A DNA stretch of 56,300 bases, filler included, from Catajapyx aquilonaris (taxonomy: Eukaryota): assembly GCA_000934665.2 (NCBI GenBank). It is 3 parts of 3 records of this genome, joined end to end, with 100 filler letters (N's around TTAATTAATTAA, not from the genome) between each part and the next. Parts side by side here need not be neighbours in the genome. Positions count along the whole stretch, not along the records: positions 18,813 to 37,490 come from JYFJ02006636.1; positions 37,591 to 56,300 come from JYFJ02006637.1; 1 more part is not named here. One strand, written 5' to 3'. A program made the translations under genes and the position numbers. Positions 35,585 through 47,339 of this stretch are shown piece by piece (position 1 is the first letter of the stretch; each line of letters starts with the position of its first letter). Below the pieces are notes generated by a model. The model was not told the DNA's origin. It searched no databases and worked only from the letters and a program-made list of their open reading frames with translations.

Positions 35585-36913
35585 ATGGTCCCAACGAATG
35601 GGCTTGGTTCATATGGTCCGATACGTGCAGTGTCTGTGTATCTCGGAATATTTCCGTGGTCATTTGCATCATGCCACTGGATCCTCAAGAGGTGGACATG
35701 CGCCTTCAACATTTGTCTGATGATTGGCATGATCCTGGCTTATACTGCAACTAACGACCACAAACATGATCCAACTGGCATCCCGTCTGAAACCATCAAG
35801 TATGCCGCCCTATTGTACAACATAGCGTCAGTCGTGATGACTTGGATCAACTTCGTGGTCGCCAATTTCAATTCGAAGAGACGATCCATGATTCTGGATG
35901 AATTGACCCAAGTAAACGCTGGGGATCTGACCATTCGAAAGATTGAATGGCGGATTGTACTTGTCACATGTTTGGATGCCATGCTTTACGCTCTGACAGT
36001 CCCACCAACATCAGTCGTTGTCATCTTTCAATACATGATCTTTTGGCAGTCCATCATGATCCGTAACATGATCCCAAGTCAGGTGCTGTACGCCTCCATT
36101 TCCATCAAACGAGGATTCAAACGGGTCAACGACTCAATCACATCAAGTTGTCGCCGATTGAACACACACCAAACCTCTTTGTTGTCCAAGTACGACAATC
36201 CATTTGGAGCACCAGGAAAGACGTACTTCGCCCTGTGCGACCTGACAGAAAGGTTGTCCCAAGAGTACGGTGTTTCCATCTGCATCTCCTTCGTATCATG
36301 GGTCTGCGAGATCATAGTTTGCCTCTTCGTAATAATTGCATTGCTGACCTTCAGAAAAGAAATAAGGATGCTTCTGCTGAACATTTTGGTTCTGGTGGTT
36401 TCGAAAATGGTGATGCTTTACATAGGCACATGTCTTGTTGGTGACATACCGGAGATGGTGAGTGATAGTATACTGTATTAAAATGATGTTAAAAAGCATG
36501 ACGTGATTTTCCTAATTCCATCAGGCCATCTCGTCGAGAAAGGACTTGATCCGGGTCCAACTTGACAACCTGAGTCCAAACTGTCGGAACCAGGTGAGTC
36601 TTAATTAATTTCCTGTTAATTTATTGACCTCCATTGATCCGAACTGTATTCCTCAGGTGAAGTCGTTAATCGCTCAAATGAGCGGACCTCCAGTTCAAGT
36701 CACGGCTGCAAACTATTTCTCAATCGACAGGAAACTGCTTACTTCGGTATATGTTTCATCATATCCTGTTTCACATTACATGAAACGTCCAGTAATTAGC
36801 ACTAATTATATCCTCAGATCGCAGGAGCAATCGCAACATACATCATAGTCCTGGCCCAGTTCAGACGATCAGAAAAGTCCGTTACAGTAGCTGGAAACTA
36901 CACTGTCACTTAA
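35585..36913 (+). CDS. gustatory receptor Gr-9 (clade A, close paralog of Gr-8), 375 aa; exons 35585-36457, 36525-36593, 36657-36746, 36818-36913
   Basis: Same structure; TYIIVLAQF. Confidence 0.93.
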
Positions 36914-37399
36914 TTAAATTAGAATTTATTTGCATGCACCACAACCACATGTAAGTGTACCAACTGTGAATTATTATATAAATTATTCCAATACGTGACC
37001 AACACAACCATTCCTTGTACATTGGCATAGCTACATGGAAAAATGCAATCGAACAAAATAACATGACTAATTTGTACTTAGATTTTACTGGGATTGAACA
37101 AATTCAAAGGGGAGTAAAAAATTAATTCGCTGACCACTTCGGTTCACCCACTTTCTTTCAGACGATTCTGAAGAAATTACAATAATTACAATATTGATTT
37201 GTCTTTGCCTGTATGTCCAATATTCATGTCAACCTGAACGCTGCTCGCGTGACATGCCTACAAGGCACTACCTTATAAGAATACACAATGTCACCCATAC
37301 GGCATGTCATTCATAGTGTTTAGAAAAGGTGTGTCCAGCTGTGCGACCTTGTATGGCATTCTGATGGGAATGGTCAGCCGGATCTGACCTGGACACAAA

Positions 37400-37490
37400 A
37401 TGGTCCCAATGAAAGGGCTTGGTTCATTTGGTCCGATACGTGCAGTGTCTGTGTCACTCGGAATATTTCCATGGCCATTTGCATCATGCC
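37400..37490 (+). CDS. gustatory receptor Gr-10, 5' fragment cut by the assembly gap
   Basis: MVPMKGLGSFGPIRAVSVSLGIFPWPFASC, nearly identical to the Gr-8/9 N-termini, with the same upstream block. Confidence 0.85.
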
Positions 37491-37590
37491 NNNNNNNNNN
37501 NNNNNNNNNNNNNNNNNNNNNNNNNNNNNNNNNNTTAATTAATTAANNNNNNNNNNNNNNNNNNNNNNNNNNNNNNNNNNNNNNNNNNNN
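37491..37590. other. artificial contig spacer
   Basis: 44 N + TTAATTAATTAA + 44 N. Confidence 0.97.
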
Positions 37591-37942
37591 AAATCACCCC
37601 CCCCAACAACGACGTCTAGATCCGCCACTGTAGCCATGGTGTAAGCGGAGCGGGTACTAGCTAGGTATTCAGCTGCCCAAAATACGGCGGCTCCAAATAG
37701 CAGCATCACGAAAGTGCTGATTCGGGTGTCTGCTGGAGGAGAAGGATGTTATCAATATGCTATGAAAATAATTAGACCAGAACCAAGCCAAGCTAGTTTC
37801 TGTACAGGCGTAGGCTATCTTGTTAATACGGCGAGTTTGGTTCCAGACCACCGCACCACCGTAAAACGTATCGTGTTTAAAAAAATTTACCAGTACTGTA
37901 CATAAATTATCAAAGCATTAAAACAAGTTCACACTGTTATTA

Positions 37943-38087
37943 GGGGGAGACGGAGTGGCGCTGCGGAAACGTACGCGCCCACGGATGTTAAGGTCCCGGG
38001 TTCGATCCCAGCCCGGGGACACCCCCTTCATCTCATGCAGAGTTTAGGTCGTCTCTGGCTTCGTCTCTGGTGGAATCTCCAATAGAC

Positions 38088-38139
<52 letters not shown>

Positions 38140-38530
38140 TGGTTGGGTAATGCTTTCACCCATCAGGGTTTATCGCATAGACCTTTATTATTAGCTGTTG
38201 GTGTATACATAGTACATTAGCGTATCGCCCGGGCCCACGGGCAGGATGACAGGAGGGGATGTGCAAGGTGCAGTGCATCTGACGCTGTGGCCATTTTTAG
38301 TGAACTCCCCCGGGTGGTTTAGTCTGTGGAAATACCACCCGAGACGAAGCCAGAGGTGACCCTGAACTCTGTACGAGATGAAGGGGGTGTCCCCGGGTTG
38401 GGATCGAACCCGGGACCTTAACATCCGTGGGCGCATACGTTACCGCAGCACCACTCCGCCTCCCCCTCCAATAGACATATCCACCCTGGGGAGTTCACAA
38501 AATGTACCCATATCAGTCCGTGCACTGCAC
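37943..38530 (+). mobile_element. tRNA-derived SINE (same family as 18229), interrupted by another copy
   Basis: Head with A/B boxes at 37943-38091; the body resumes at 38466. Confidence 0.85.
38092..38465 (-). mobile_element. tRNA-derived SINE inserted antisense into a sister copy
   Basis: Full head-body-(ATT)n tail on the minus strand. 15-bp TSD CTCCAATAGACATAT at 38077-38091 and 38466-38480. Confidence 0.9.
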
Positions 38531-40012
38531 TCATATGATAGAGGGAAATTGAAAGCAGATCTGAATCAGTGTCCTTGGGGTAGGTTAGGCCACCTGTCAA
38601 ATTCCATGCCAAATAAAAATTTAGAAATGTAGACTTTTTCTCATTGTAAAAAGTCTTTAGAATGGGTCTGTCCATCCTTCCGTCCGTCCATCAGTGGACA
38701 GGTATCAGGACCTAAACCATGAGAGAGCGACAAACGGTTTTCAGATTCTGATTCTGCGGACCCGTGCGGACCATAGATTTCATGGTCAACTTCCGGTGAC
38801 TGGCCACTTCTGGTTTTCCTGGTTCACTCTATCCACCAAGGGTAAGTCTAGGGGCGGGTGTCCTTGGGTTCCTTGGCAATGGGAAATGAGACTTATAACA
38901 ATCAATGTCACTGTTGTCTAATTAGAATTGCATCGTGTTGTTTCGTAGCGGGTTTGTCAGCCTAATTTCCCACTGCCCAATTAGAAAAAATATACTCTAA
39001 TCATGTTCACATGATTTGCCAATCTCGTTTGAAATTTTGCAGGGTAGTGGCATCAATAATATCTATTTCAATGAGTTTTAAGAGAGGGATTCATGCAACC
39101 TAATACTAGAAGCTAATATTTGTAATCATTAGAAGCAACTGTTCCGAAGTAACTGATTAATATTAAGCAGCTTACAGTTAGTTCCAAGAAATCGATAACC
39201 ACTATGGACATTTCAGTTGGAACACACTGTAGATGTCACTCTTATTATTTTAAATAAGTAATATCAAGAGTTGGTAATATAAACCTTCACATAATCCCTT
39301 ATTTCATAGACTCATCCGTAAAAATATTATATATTGTATCAGGGATCAAGCATTTTCCCCAAAAAATGACCCTGTGGTCCTGGCAGTGTAATAAAATGAC
39401 ACGTCTGGTAAACCACAAAGCAACATTGATATCATTATCTGGGACATTTCACCCATGGAAACACAGTGTAATTTATATTTACATATATGCATATACTGCA
39501 TTAACCCTCAGAAGATAATCTCATCCATGTCATGAGGCCACACAACCTTGACACTCCTTGGCCTAATCTCATCAATGCGATAAGCTGAATATCTTGATTA
39601 CAAATCTGTGTCAAGTCGGATCGGCCGGCACAATAAAAATACTTTTGTAACATTGGGCCAAAATTTTGTTCACCCTGCCCAGACTGACTTTCTTTTTGAC
39701 CTCACTGCACTGACAGCCCCTCTGCTCATCAAAAGGCGTCCACATGCTGATAAGAGCCCTATTTACGCTCTGACTGGCTTGACAGCCAGAGCAACAGTGA
39801 CAAGCTCATGATAGCAACCAGGTTCCCCATATACTTGCCAGCAAGTCATCACACCGCTAGCATTCAGCTTCAGGTGAGCTTGATCCCTTCCTCATGTTTT
39901 TCACTTACATAAATCACATGATGCCAGTTGTATCAGGGGAAGAATACTTGGCAATAGTTATCAGACAGATAACAACTAGGTAGATCCTACCTTGTACTTG
40001 GTACTGTAGAGA

Positions 40013-43000
40013 ATGGCTTCCTTGTCCCAACTCACCTTTGTGGACCTGAGTGATGACGAACCCATCAATGATGAAGACAGGAGGCTAACACTAGCATATG
40101 AAGACCTGTCAACGCTGCCCAAGAACCTGGCAGATGACTTTGGCACACACATTGAATGCTTGGACTTGAGTCATAACCGCATCAGGTCAGTCACCAACAC
40201 TGTAGGTACCATCACTGCTGTAAAAAAGAATTCATGTTACTAACTGCCCTGTTCTTCACAGAGGTTTGCAATTTGTCCATTCATTTGTGAACTTGAAGAC
40301 TCTCATCTTGGATCACAACATTATCACTGACAATGTGATCTTTCCTGAGATGAAAAGCTTGAAAACACTGTGGCTAAACCACAACAACATCCAGTGCATC
40401 CACCCCTTTGTGTCAAACCTGCACAAAAGTTGCCCAAACCTAACCTTTTTGAGCTTGATGGGAAATGCTGCTGCTCCTAGCTACCTCAATGGCGGAACCT
40501 TCCAGGAATATTTGCAGTACAGGCAAGTAGCTTCTATTGATTTGTTTCCAGTTGTTGGTAGGTGATCTGATTTTATATTCCTACTGAGGTCATCAGAGGC
40601 AACTTCAAGCAAAAATTCACGCGGGGACTTGGTTAGGAAAAAAGGTGGGGGTGGAAGACAAAAAAAAATCGTCATTTCAAAACTATTTGAGGTTAACCCC
40701 TTCGCTACCAGATCTAGGTGATGAGATTAGCTTCTGTTCAACTTGAACATACGGTACTCTGAAGATATGCACAAGATATTTTACAAATAATAACAGCTCT
40801 ACTCTATGAATATGTTTGGAACAATTTTCCACTTCTAGAAGTCGCAAAATTAATTTCCAAAAAGATCACCGTAACAACTCGAAATTAAATTACTACTGGC
40901 CAACTGTTAGGCTGATTTAATTATAACATACGCTAAATATATGGAATAACAACCCTGAGATTTGTGCTATGAGGAATCTGCTGAAATAGTAATACTTCGC
41001 CAGAATTAAATTAACTCATTGACGGCGGGGTTTTTTGGGCCGATTTTTTTCTTTTCTTGACCAAAATGTAGTAGGAGTGATATTAATGAAAAACAATATG
41101 CTCCAATATTTATCATTTTAACTCGTGGTGGTCCTTTTGAATGTAAATTCCGAAAAAATTCATCTACAGGGTGTTCCAGAAAAAAATTTAAAGTGCAATT
41201 ACCTTTGAACTTAATTAAATTTATTTATATTTTTAAAGTCACTATAAAGTTCTGACTATGGTTACATAATACTAAAACACTGTACTATGAGAAATTCATA
41301 CGAGTCCAGACTTGTGGGCCACCCTGTTCTGACGCCGCGGGAGGTGGTATGTTTAGCTCACGCTGGGAGGCGGAAAAATTTATTAGTACAGGGTGGACGG
41401 AAAGTTTCGGACCCCCCCAGGTTTTTTAACCCTACTTTTCACAGCGTCTTTTCACATCTTTTAAAAGTCCACAATCAGTTCTAATGTACACTATCATTTG
41501 AAGCATAATCTTGAGAACATCTGAGCACCTTCGGTCTCGCAATTCCATTAATAACTTCGCCTCTGTGACTCATCTAAACATCCTATCTGTTATGCGTTTA
41601 TTTTGCTTGTTGCCTTGGAGGACCCCTGGTCATATTCTGCGTCAGATAAGGTTTTTATGACCCTTTTCCATGAGTTCCCCTTCATGCAAATGTTGTGAAG
41701 TCACTCCTGACCTTATTTTTCGCATTGGTCCAAAACCCGGTCCAATAAAAATTTGAAAAGGAATGCATGAAATGGCGGACCCGGATGCATTACTTTCGAA
41801 TTGGTACCATGACATTTGTCTCCATTTTTACTTTAAAATAAATTTTTGGTGGGAAAGGACAGTAAACAATCTTACCTTGGTAAATTAATCAACATGACAC
41901 ATCCTTTCGTTTACGTCCTTTCCCACCAAAAATTTATTTTAAAGTAAAAATGGAGACAAATGTCATGGTACCAATTCGAAAGTAATGCGTCCGGGTCCGC
42001 CATTTCATGCATTCCTTTTCAAATTTTTATTGGACCGGGTTATGGACCAATGCGAAAAATAAGGTCAGGAGTGACTTCACAACATTTGCATGAAGGGGAA
42101 CTCATGGAAAAGGGTCATAAAAACCTTATCTGATGCAGAATATGACCAGGGGTCCTCCAAGGCAACAAGCAAAATAAACGTAAAACAGATAGGATGTTTA
42201 GATGAATCACAGAGGCGAAGTTATTAATGGAATTGCGAGAGCGAAGGTGCTCAGATGTTCTCAAGATTATGCTTCAAAAGATAGTGTACATTAGAACTGC
42301 TTGTGGACTTTTAAAAGATGTGAAAAGACGCTGTGAAAAGTAGGGTTAAAAAACCTGGGGGGGTTCCGAAACTTTCCGTCCACCCTGTATATGCCACGGT
42401 GGTTGAGCCCCCTTCCACGAGGTGGTAGGAGCAGTTTGAGCCTCAAACTATGCCATTTCTGTCAAAACTCTAGCGCGGCCAGTTCAAAAACCAGCAGGAC
42501 ATCATAATTATGATGTCTGTAGGCCTCAAAGGGTTAATACTTACTGCGGCTTGCCTCTCACTTCGGAAAACTCCAAAATTGATTTAATTTTCGCAAAGTA
42601 CCGGTACGACAGTTTCAGCAGATTCGTCATAGCACAATTCTCAAGGTTGTTATTCCATATATTTTAACGCATTTCATAATTAAATCAGCCTAACAGTTGG
42701 CCAGTAGTAATTTAATTTCAAGTTGTTACAGCAATCTTTTTGCGACTTGTAGAAGTGGAAAATTGTGCCAAACATATTCATAGAGTACAGCATGAAAGTG
42801 TAAGTATAGCTGTTATTGTTGTAACACCATGTGAAAATATCTTGTCCGTATCGTCCGAGTACGTGCAAGTTAAACAGAAACGAATCTCATCTCCTAGATC
42901 TGGTAGGGAAGGGGTTAAAAGTGAGTTGAATCAGGAATGAAATCTTGTATGGAATATCAACATATCTAGGTATCAAGTAACAGAATAGAAAGAAAACGCT

Positions 43001-45717
43001 CCTTCTCAATCTCAACCCCTATCTTCTTCCTTGTTTCTTTACCCACCTGGTGAAGCCAGTCCGCTCCTTCCGGGCATCTTCCTTCCAGCCAGACCAGAAG
43101 GGAGGACTCAGGATCACACACACCAACATCATGCACTCACTTCTCCACAGGAGCAAAAAGCTCCCAGCCTACTGTGAAGACCTCTGACAGTCAACGGGTG
43201 GTCCGCCCCTGGCGGACCACGATGAAAGGGACTTAGAGTGATGATATAGGCCCTATGTGGGGCCCGGGGTTTAGGGACCTACATGGTCTGGAATAACCCC
43301 GTTAATATCTGACTAAGTCAACCTCTGCAATGCATGTTGCACTGGCTTGCATTGCACCACCTTCAAATCGAGACCTGCCTCCTGCAGGACAGAGTCCCTG
43401 GTCCCTTTATGGTTGCACATGTTTCGTCCAATTCAATCCCAACCACTTTGTTGGCAATCATACCAGTCCTGGAAAGATCCAACTTGTACACATCATTTTG
43501 ATTATTAACATCTATCCATATATTTTGTACTCAAAGTACCGATATTTTAGGTTTTAAAACTACGTGGGTTGTTTCATAAGTCATTGTGCGTATTTTTTAA
43601 TTCAAAAATGGTAACACATACAGAGATGACTTTTGCTGAGTTTTGAAGGTCAGGCGATTACTATTTGAGCTGATATATAGATGTCGCCCATATCGCGCGG
43701 GGGGCGGGGAAACAAAGGGAGGTCATGACCCCCCCCCACCACACCATCGCCCTAAGACGGCCCGAGCCTGACGCGCTTGGAGCTGCTGAACGTTGCATAC
43801 TGGACACTTGGAGATGGACAACACGGGAGCTTGCTTTCGAGTGTGGGACAAGTTTACCATGCTTAGGACTCTGAAAGACTAAAAGTTCTCACAAAGTTGG
43901 TATCCTCACCGGTTCCTCACCATTTCTTTGAGATTGCCCTCGCTTGGAACTCGATCGCAGTGAAGGCGATGGTTTTTTTTTAAACAGTTTGTGGCGATGG
44001 ATGACACAGTCATGGCTCCTGTCATAGTGCTCTGACCACATTCGAAAGCAAGCTCCCATGTTGTCCATCTCCAAGTGTCCTGCATGCAACATTCAACAGC
44101 TCCAAGCACGTCAGGCTCGGGCCGTCTTAGGGTGATGGTGTGGTGGGGGGAGTCATGACCCCCCTTTTCTTTCCCTGCCTCCCCTGCGATATGGGCAACA
44201 TCTAAATGCCATATCAAATTGTAATCGCCGTGGACCTTTTAAACTCAGCAAAGGTCATCTCAGTATGTGTTACCATTTTTGAATAAAAAAATAAGTGCAA
44301 TGACTTATGAAACAACCCATGTATTTTTATGCAATTTGCCCCACTTTGTCTTATTACTGGTGTTAATGTAAGTTAGCATACTTTGCACAACCTTACTTTT
44401 TACATGGTGCAATATAGCCACTGCTGGTGCTAGGCACAAAAAGTAAAATCACGCAATTAATCTATCTGATTGTTTTTTTAAACCCTGTTGAGAAAGGGCA
44501 GCGCTATTTTAAGCCGGTGGAACACCATAATTTATCAATAAATTTTTCAGAATATTTTCTTCAAATTCCATGCAGGGAAGGAAGGACATGAGGTAGGGAT
44601 GGGGATTTTTGGGGAGGAGACATGGGTGCTGGTGCAATGTCTGAATACCGGGTCATGTTCATTCTCCCTGGAGGTTAGGTTGCCAGACACCTCCCAAGGC
44701 GCAGGCGAAAGGGAGCTCCTGGGCGGGGATGGAACCTGGGACTTTCTGCTCAGCAAGCTGAGTCGCAACTCAGCGACCACGCCTCCCCTCAATTAATCTA
44801 TCTTTACTATGACAATTCACTTTCTAGGAGCTGAATTCCCAAACAATTATGTAGGAATTTTATGATAGGCGACTTTTTTCATTAGTGTAGGTGAGAACCT
44901 CTGCTTGAGGCAGAGAAATGCACCATGGAACAGTTGCAAACTACATCCTTTTATGTGAATCAAGCCCCCTGATTCTTAAATCTTCAGAAGAATTCCTCCA
45001 TTTCCAATACGGTACCACTACCAATTTTATGCTCGAAAAATAATTACAGTAAAAAGCAAAATGATGGGAGTCTTTTGGCACCACTTTAAATAATTGCATT
45101 CAAAATAAAATTATGACAGATGTTTGACAGAATAATTTAAAAACTTGTGGGACCTCTGCAATACTCGATACATTGTGAGAGATATCCTTCTCAGAATATC
45201 TTCACTGACTCTGTAGTATTACACTACAAGTGGAACTGTGGAAGTAACAGAACAATTTTATTTATGCAAATTCATTCATTTAAGATTTTGATATAAGTGC
45301 ATATGCAGGTACATAAGTATGCCACCAGAGATGAGGTACCAAAGGGTGCATGTAACAGGCTCATTACACTCTCATTACGCAGGAATAGTATACTCTAATC
45401 AAATCCACACAAAAGGCTAGTAACAGTGTAAATCACTGTAATCACATTGTACTTTACAGCTGAAAAACTGTGCCATGTCTCCTTACAGATTGTACGTAAT
45501 ATCACGATTTCCATTACTGGAGCACTTGGATGACCAGCCTGTGACTCGAGCACAACGTCAGAAAGCTAAGGAGGTGTATGGAAAGACGCTCCTGGAGCAC
45601 CTTGCTGCCATTCCCATGCCACATTACATACACAATGCCCAAGAAAAGATGAAACATTTTTTTGAGCAACTCATAGGAGGTCCTAATTCAGCACGAAGGA
45701 AAAACCGAGTTGTGTAA
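40013..45717 (+). CDS. LRMDA: leucine-rich melanocyte differentiation-associated (LRMDA/C10orf11)-like LRR protein, 220 aa; exons 40013-40185, 40262-40522, 45489-45717
   Basis: LRRs LDLSHNRI, LILDHNII, LWLNHNNI, LSLMGN and the LRR-cap YRLYVISRFPLLEHLDDQPVT. Phase-2 introns join in frame (663 nt). AATAAA at 45723. A likely 5' UTR intron spans ~39874-40009. Confidence 0.85.
40697..42914. mobile_element. piggyBac-like long-TIR element in LRMDA intron 2
   Basis: TTAA TSD both sides, CCCCTTCGCTACCAGATCTAGG / CCTAGATCTGGTAGGGAAGGGG, ~290-bp diverged arms. Confidence 0.8.
41389..42387. mobile_element. young Tc1/mariner-type foldback MITE (1-kb near-perfect hairpin)
   Basis: TA|CAGGGTGGACGG...CCGTCCACCCTG|TA. 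Arms 41389-41867 and 41909-42387, ~41-bp loop. Confidence 0.9.
43563..44321. mobile_element. Tc1/mariner-type MITE with ~285-bp arms
   Basis: TA|CGTGGGTTGTTTCATAAGTC ... GACTTATGAAACAACCCATG|TA. Confidence 0.8.
44550..44790 (-). mobile_element. degenerate tRNA-derived SINE
   Basis: GGGGAGGCGTGGTC head and B-box-like GGTTCCATCCC on the minus strand. Confidence 0.45.
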
Positions 45718-47339
45718 TTGGCAATAAAAATACTGCTATGTCTATGTCACACAATGAATATATGTATACAAAATAAATCGGCAATCAAATAGGCTGTGAT
45801 GCTGCAATGTGTTTAGGCTGTCTGCAAGATTGTCATGCAAACTCAAACTGGATGCCAATGACACCCAGCAAGGTACCCTAATATCCGCCTCACAATTTCG
45901 TGATCTTTTTGGAAACCATGGTTGGAAACTAATATATGGTCCGGCAGTCTTGAGCAGCTCCGAGTCGGTCCACTGGCCTTCAGGAAAGCAACCCACGTGC
46001 ACATAACGAAGCTACAGCAGTAACGAAGCTGACCGCATGGAAGCTGCCATATTGAGTTCGGGTTGCCAGACGAAGCGGGATGATCACAAAACTTCCGGAA
46101 ATAGAAAATCGTACCGATTTCATTAATTAATTTCATGTACTAACTATTTATTTAATGCTCACCATTATTAGGCGTTTATTATCAGTCAGGAGTTACCAGA
46201 CGAATGTATTCCTCGAGTGGGATTTGGAATGTGCTAGGCACAGCCTAACTTCGCACTGGTTGTTCCAGGTGGGAATAGCCTAAATACTATTCCGACTCCT
46301 TGGTTTCAGTCAGTGATCTAGAAGAAGTTGTTGCTGCACCACCGGTACAAAGGTATTAAAAAATTTCAATGTGTTAGGGCTGCTTGCAGATGCAGAAGCA
46401 GTAGGTAGAGATTTCGGATAGAGCATAGACCTAGTAAGGTCTATGGGATAGAGTTGGAACCTCAACTGTGCCAATTTGTTCTACTTTGCCCACTACAATT
46501 TGGTGCAACCTGAGCAGTTGCAACCACCATATTCAACAAGAAAGGAAATGCAAAGCTACGAAAAACTTTGGAGTTTGTTAAAATGTTGCACATTCGCATG
46601 TTCCTCCCATCGACTTACAAAGAATGGGTGTGTGGGTACATGTTCAATGCCCTGACAGCAAAGCGCTTGGAAAATGGTGTTGGTGGACACATCCATTACT
46701 GAATTATGGCTAAACTGACAGGAATTATTATGTGAAACCATGGGAAAGTGGGAGCCTCAAATAAGCGACAGAGCCAGCCTATATTTTAGTGTTTTGGTGT
46801 TCAGGCTGTCATTTGGAATAATCCCAGGACCAACCAATCTACTCTACATGAATTCAAGGCCCTTTCCAGGATGGTTTCCAATCAGAATGAGCAAACCTGC
46901 TTCCTTCCTCTCCTGTCCTTATCCTTGAAATGTGTAGCACTTATCTGGGCTATCCCTTCCCTCTTTGCTTCCTTCATTGCATTCTCATGATTATTCGCTG
47001 CGACTGAGAATTGCTAGAGCAGTAAACGTCCTATGAACAAACCAACCGACCAAGCCACAAAGAGAGCCAGATGTGCAGTGGAGGATTGTACAAGCCCAAC
47101 CTTGATGTATACAGTCACAAGCATAAAGATGTGGATGGTAGTACTCCCCTTGCTAGTTTAAGAGGCATTTGGCGATCACAAATAGCGAGGATCATCTGGA
47201 ACATGTGCATGGCCAATCACAGTCCTTCATGTACCATGTAAGTGAAAAATAAAGTGAAGGCTCTCTGATTGCATCTTCCAGATCAAATTGGGGGAGGCTG
47301 GAGCAGTGAGGGAGGTAGTTCGCAGCAACAGCTAATAGT

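Noticed and set aside
18989..37490. Odorant receptors or GPCRs instead of Grs
   Set aside because: The TM7 TYhhhhhQF motif and the three phase-0 C-terminal introns are Gr hallmarks; no GPCR DRY/NPxxY motifs.
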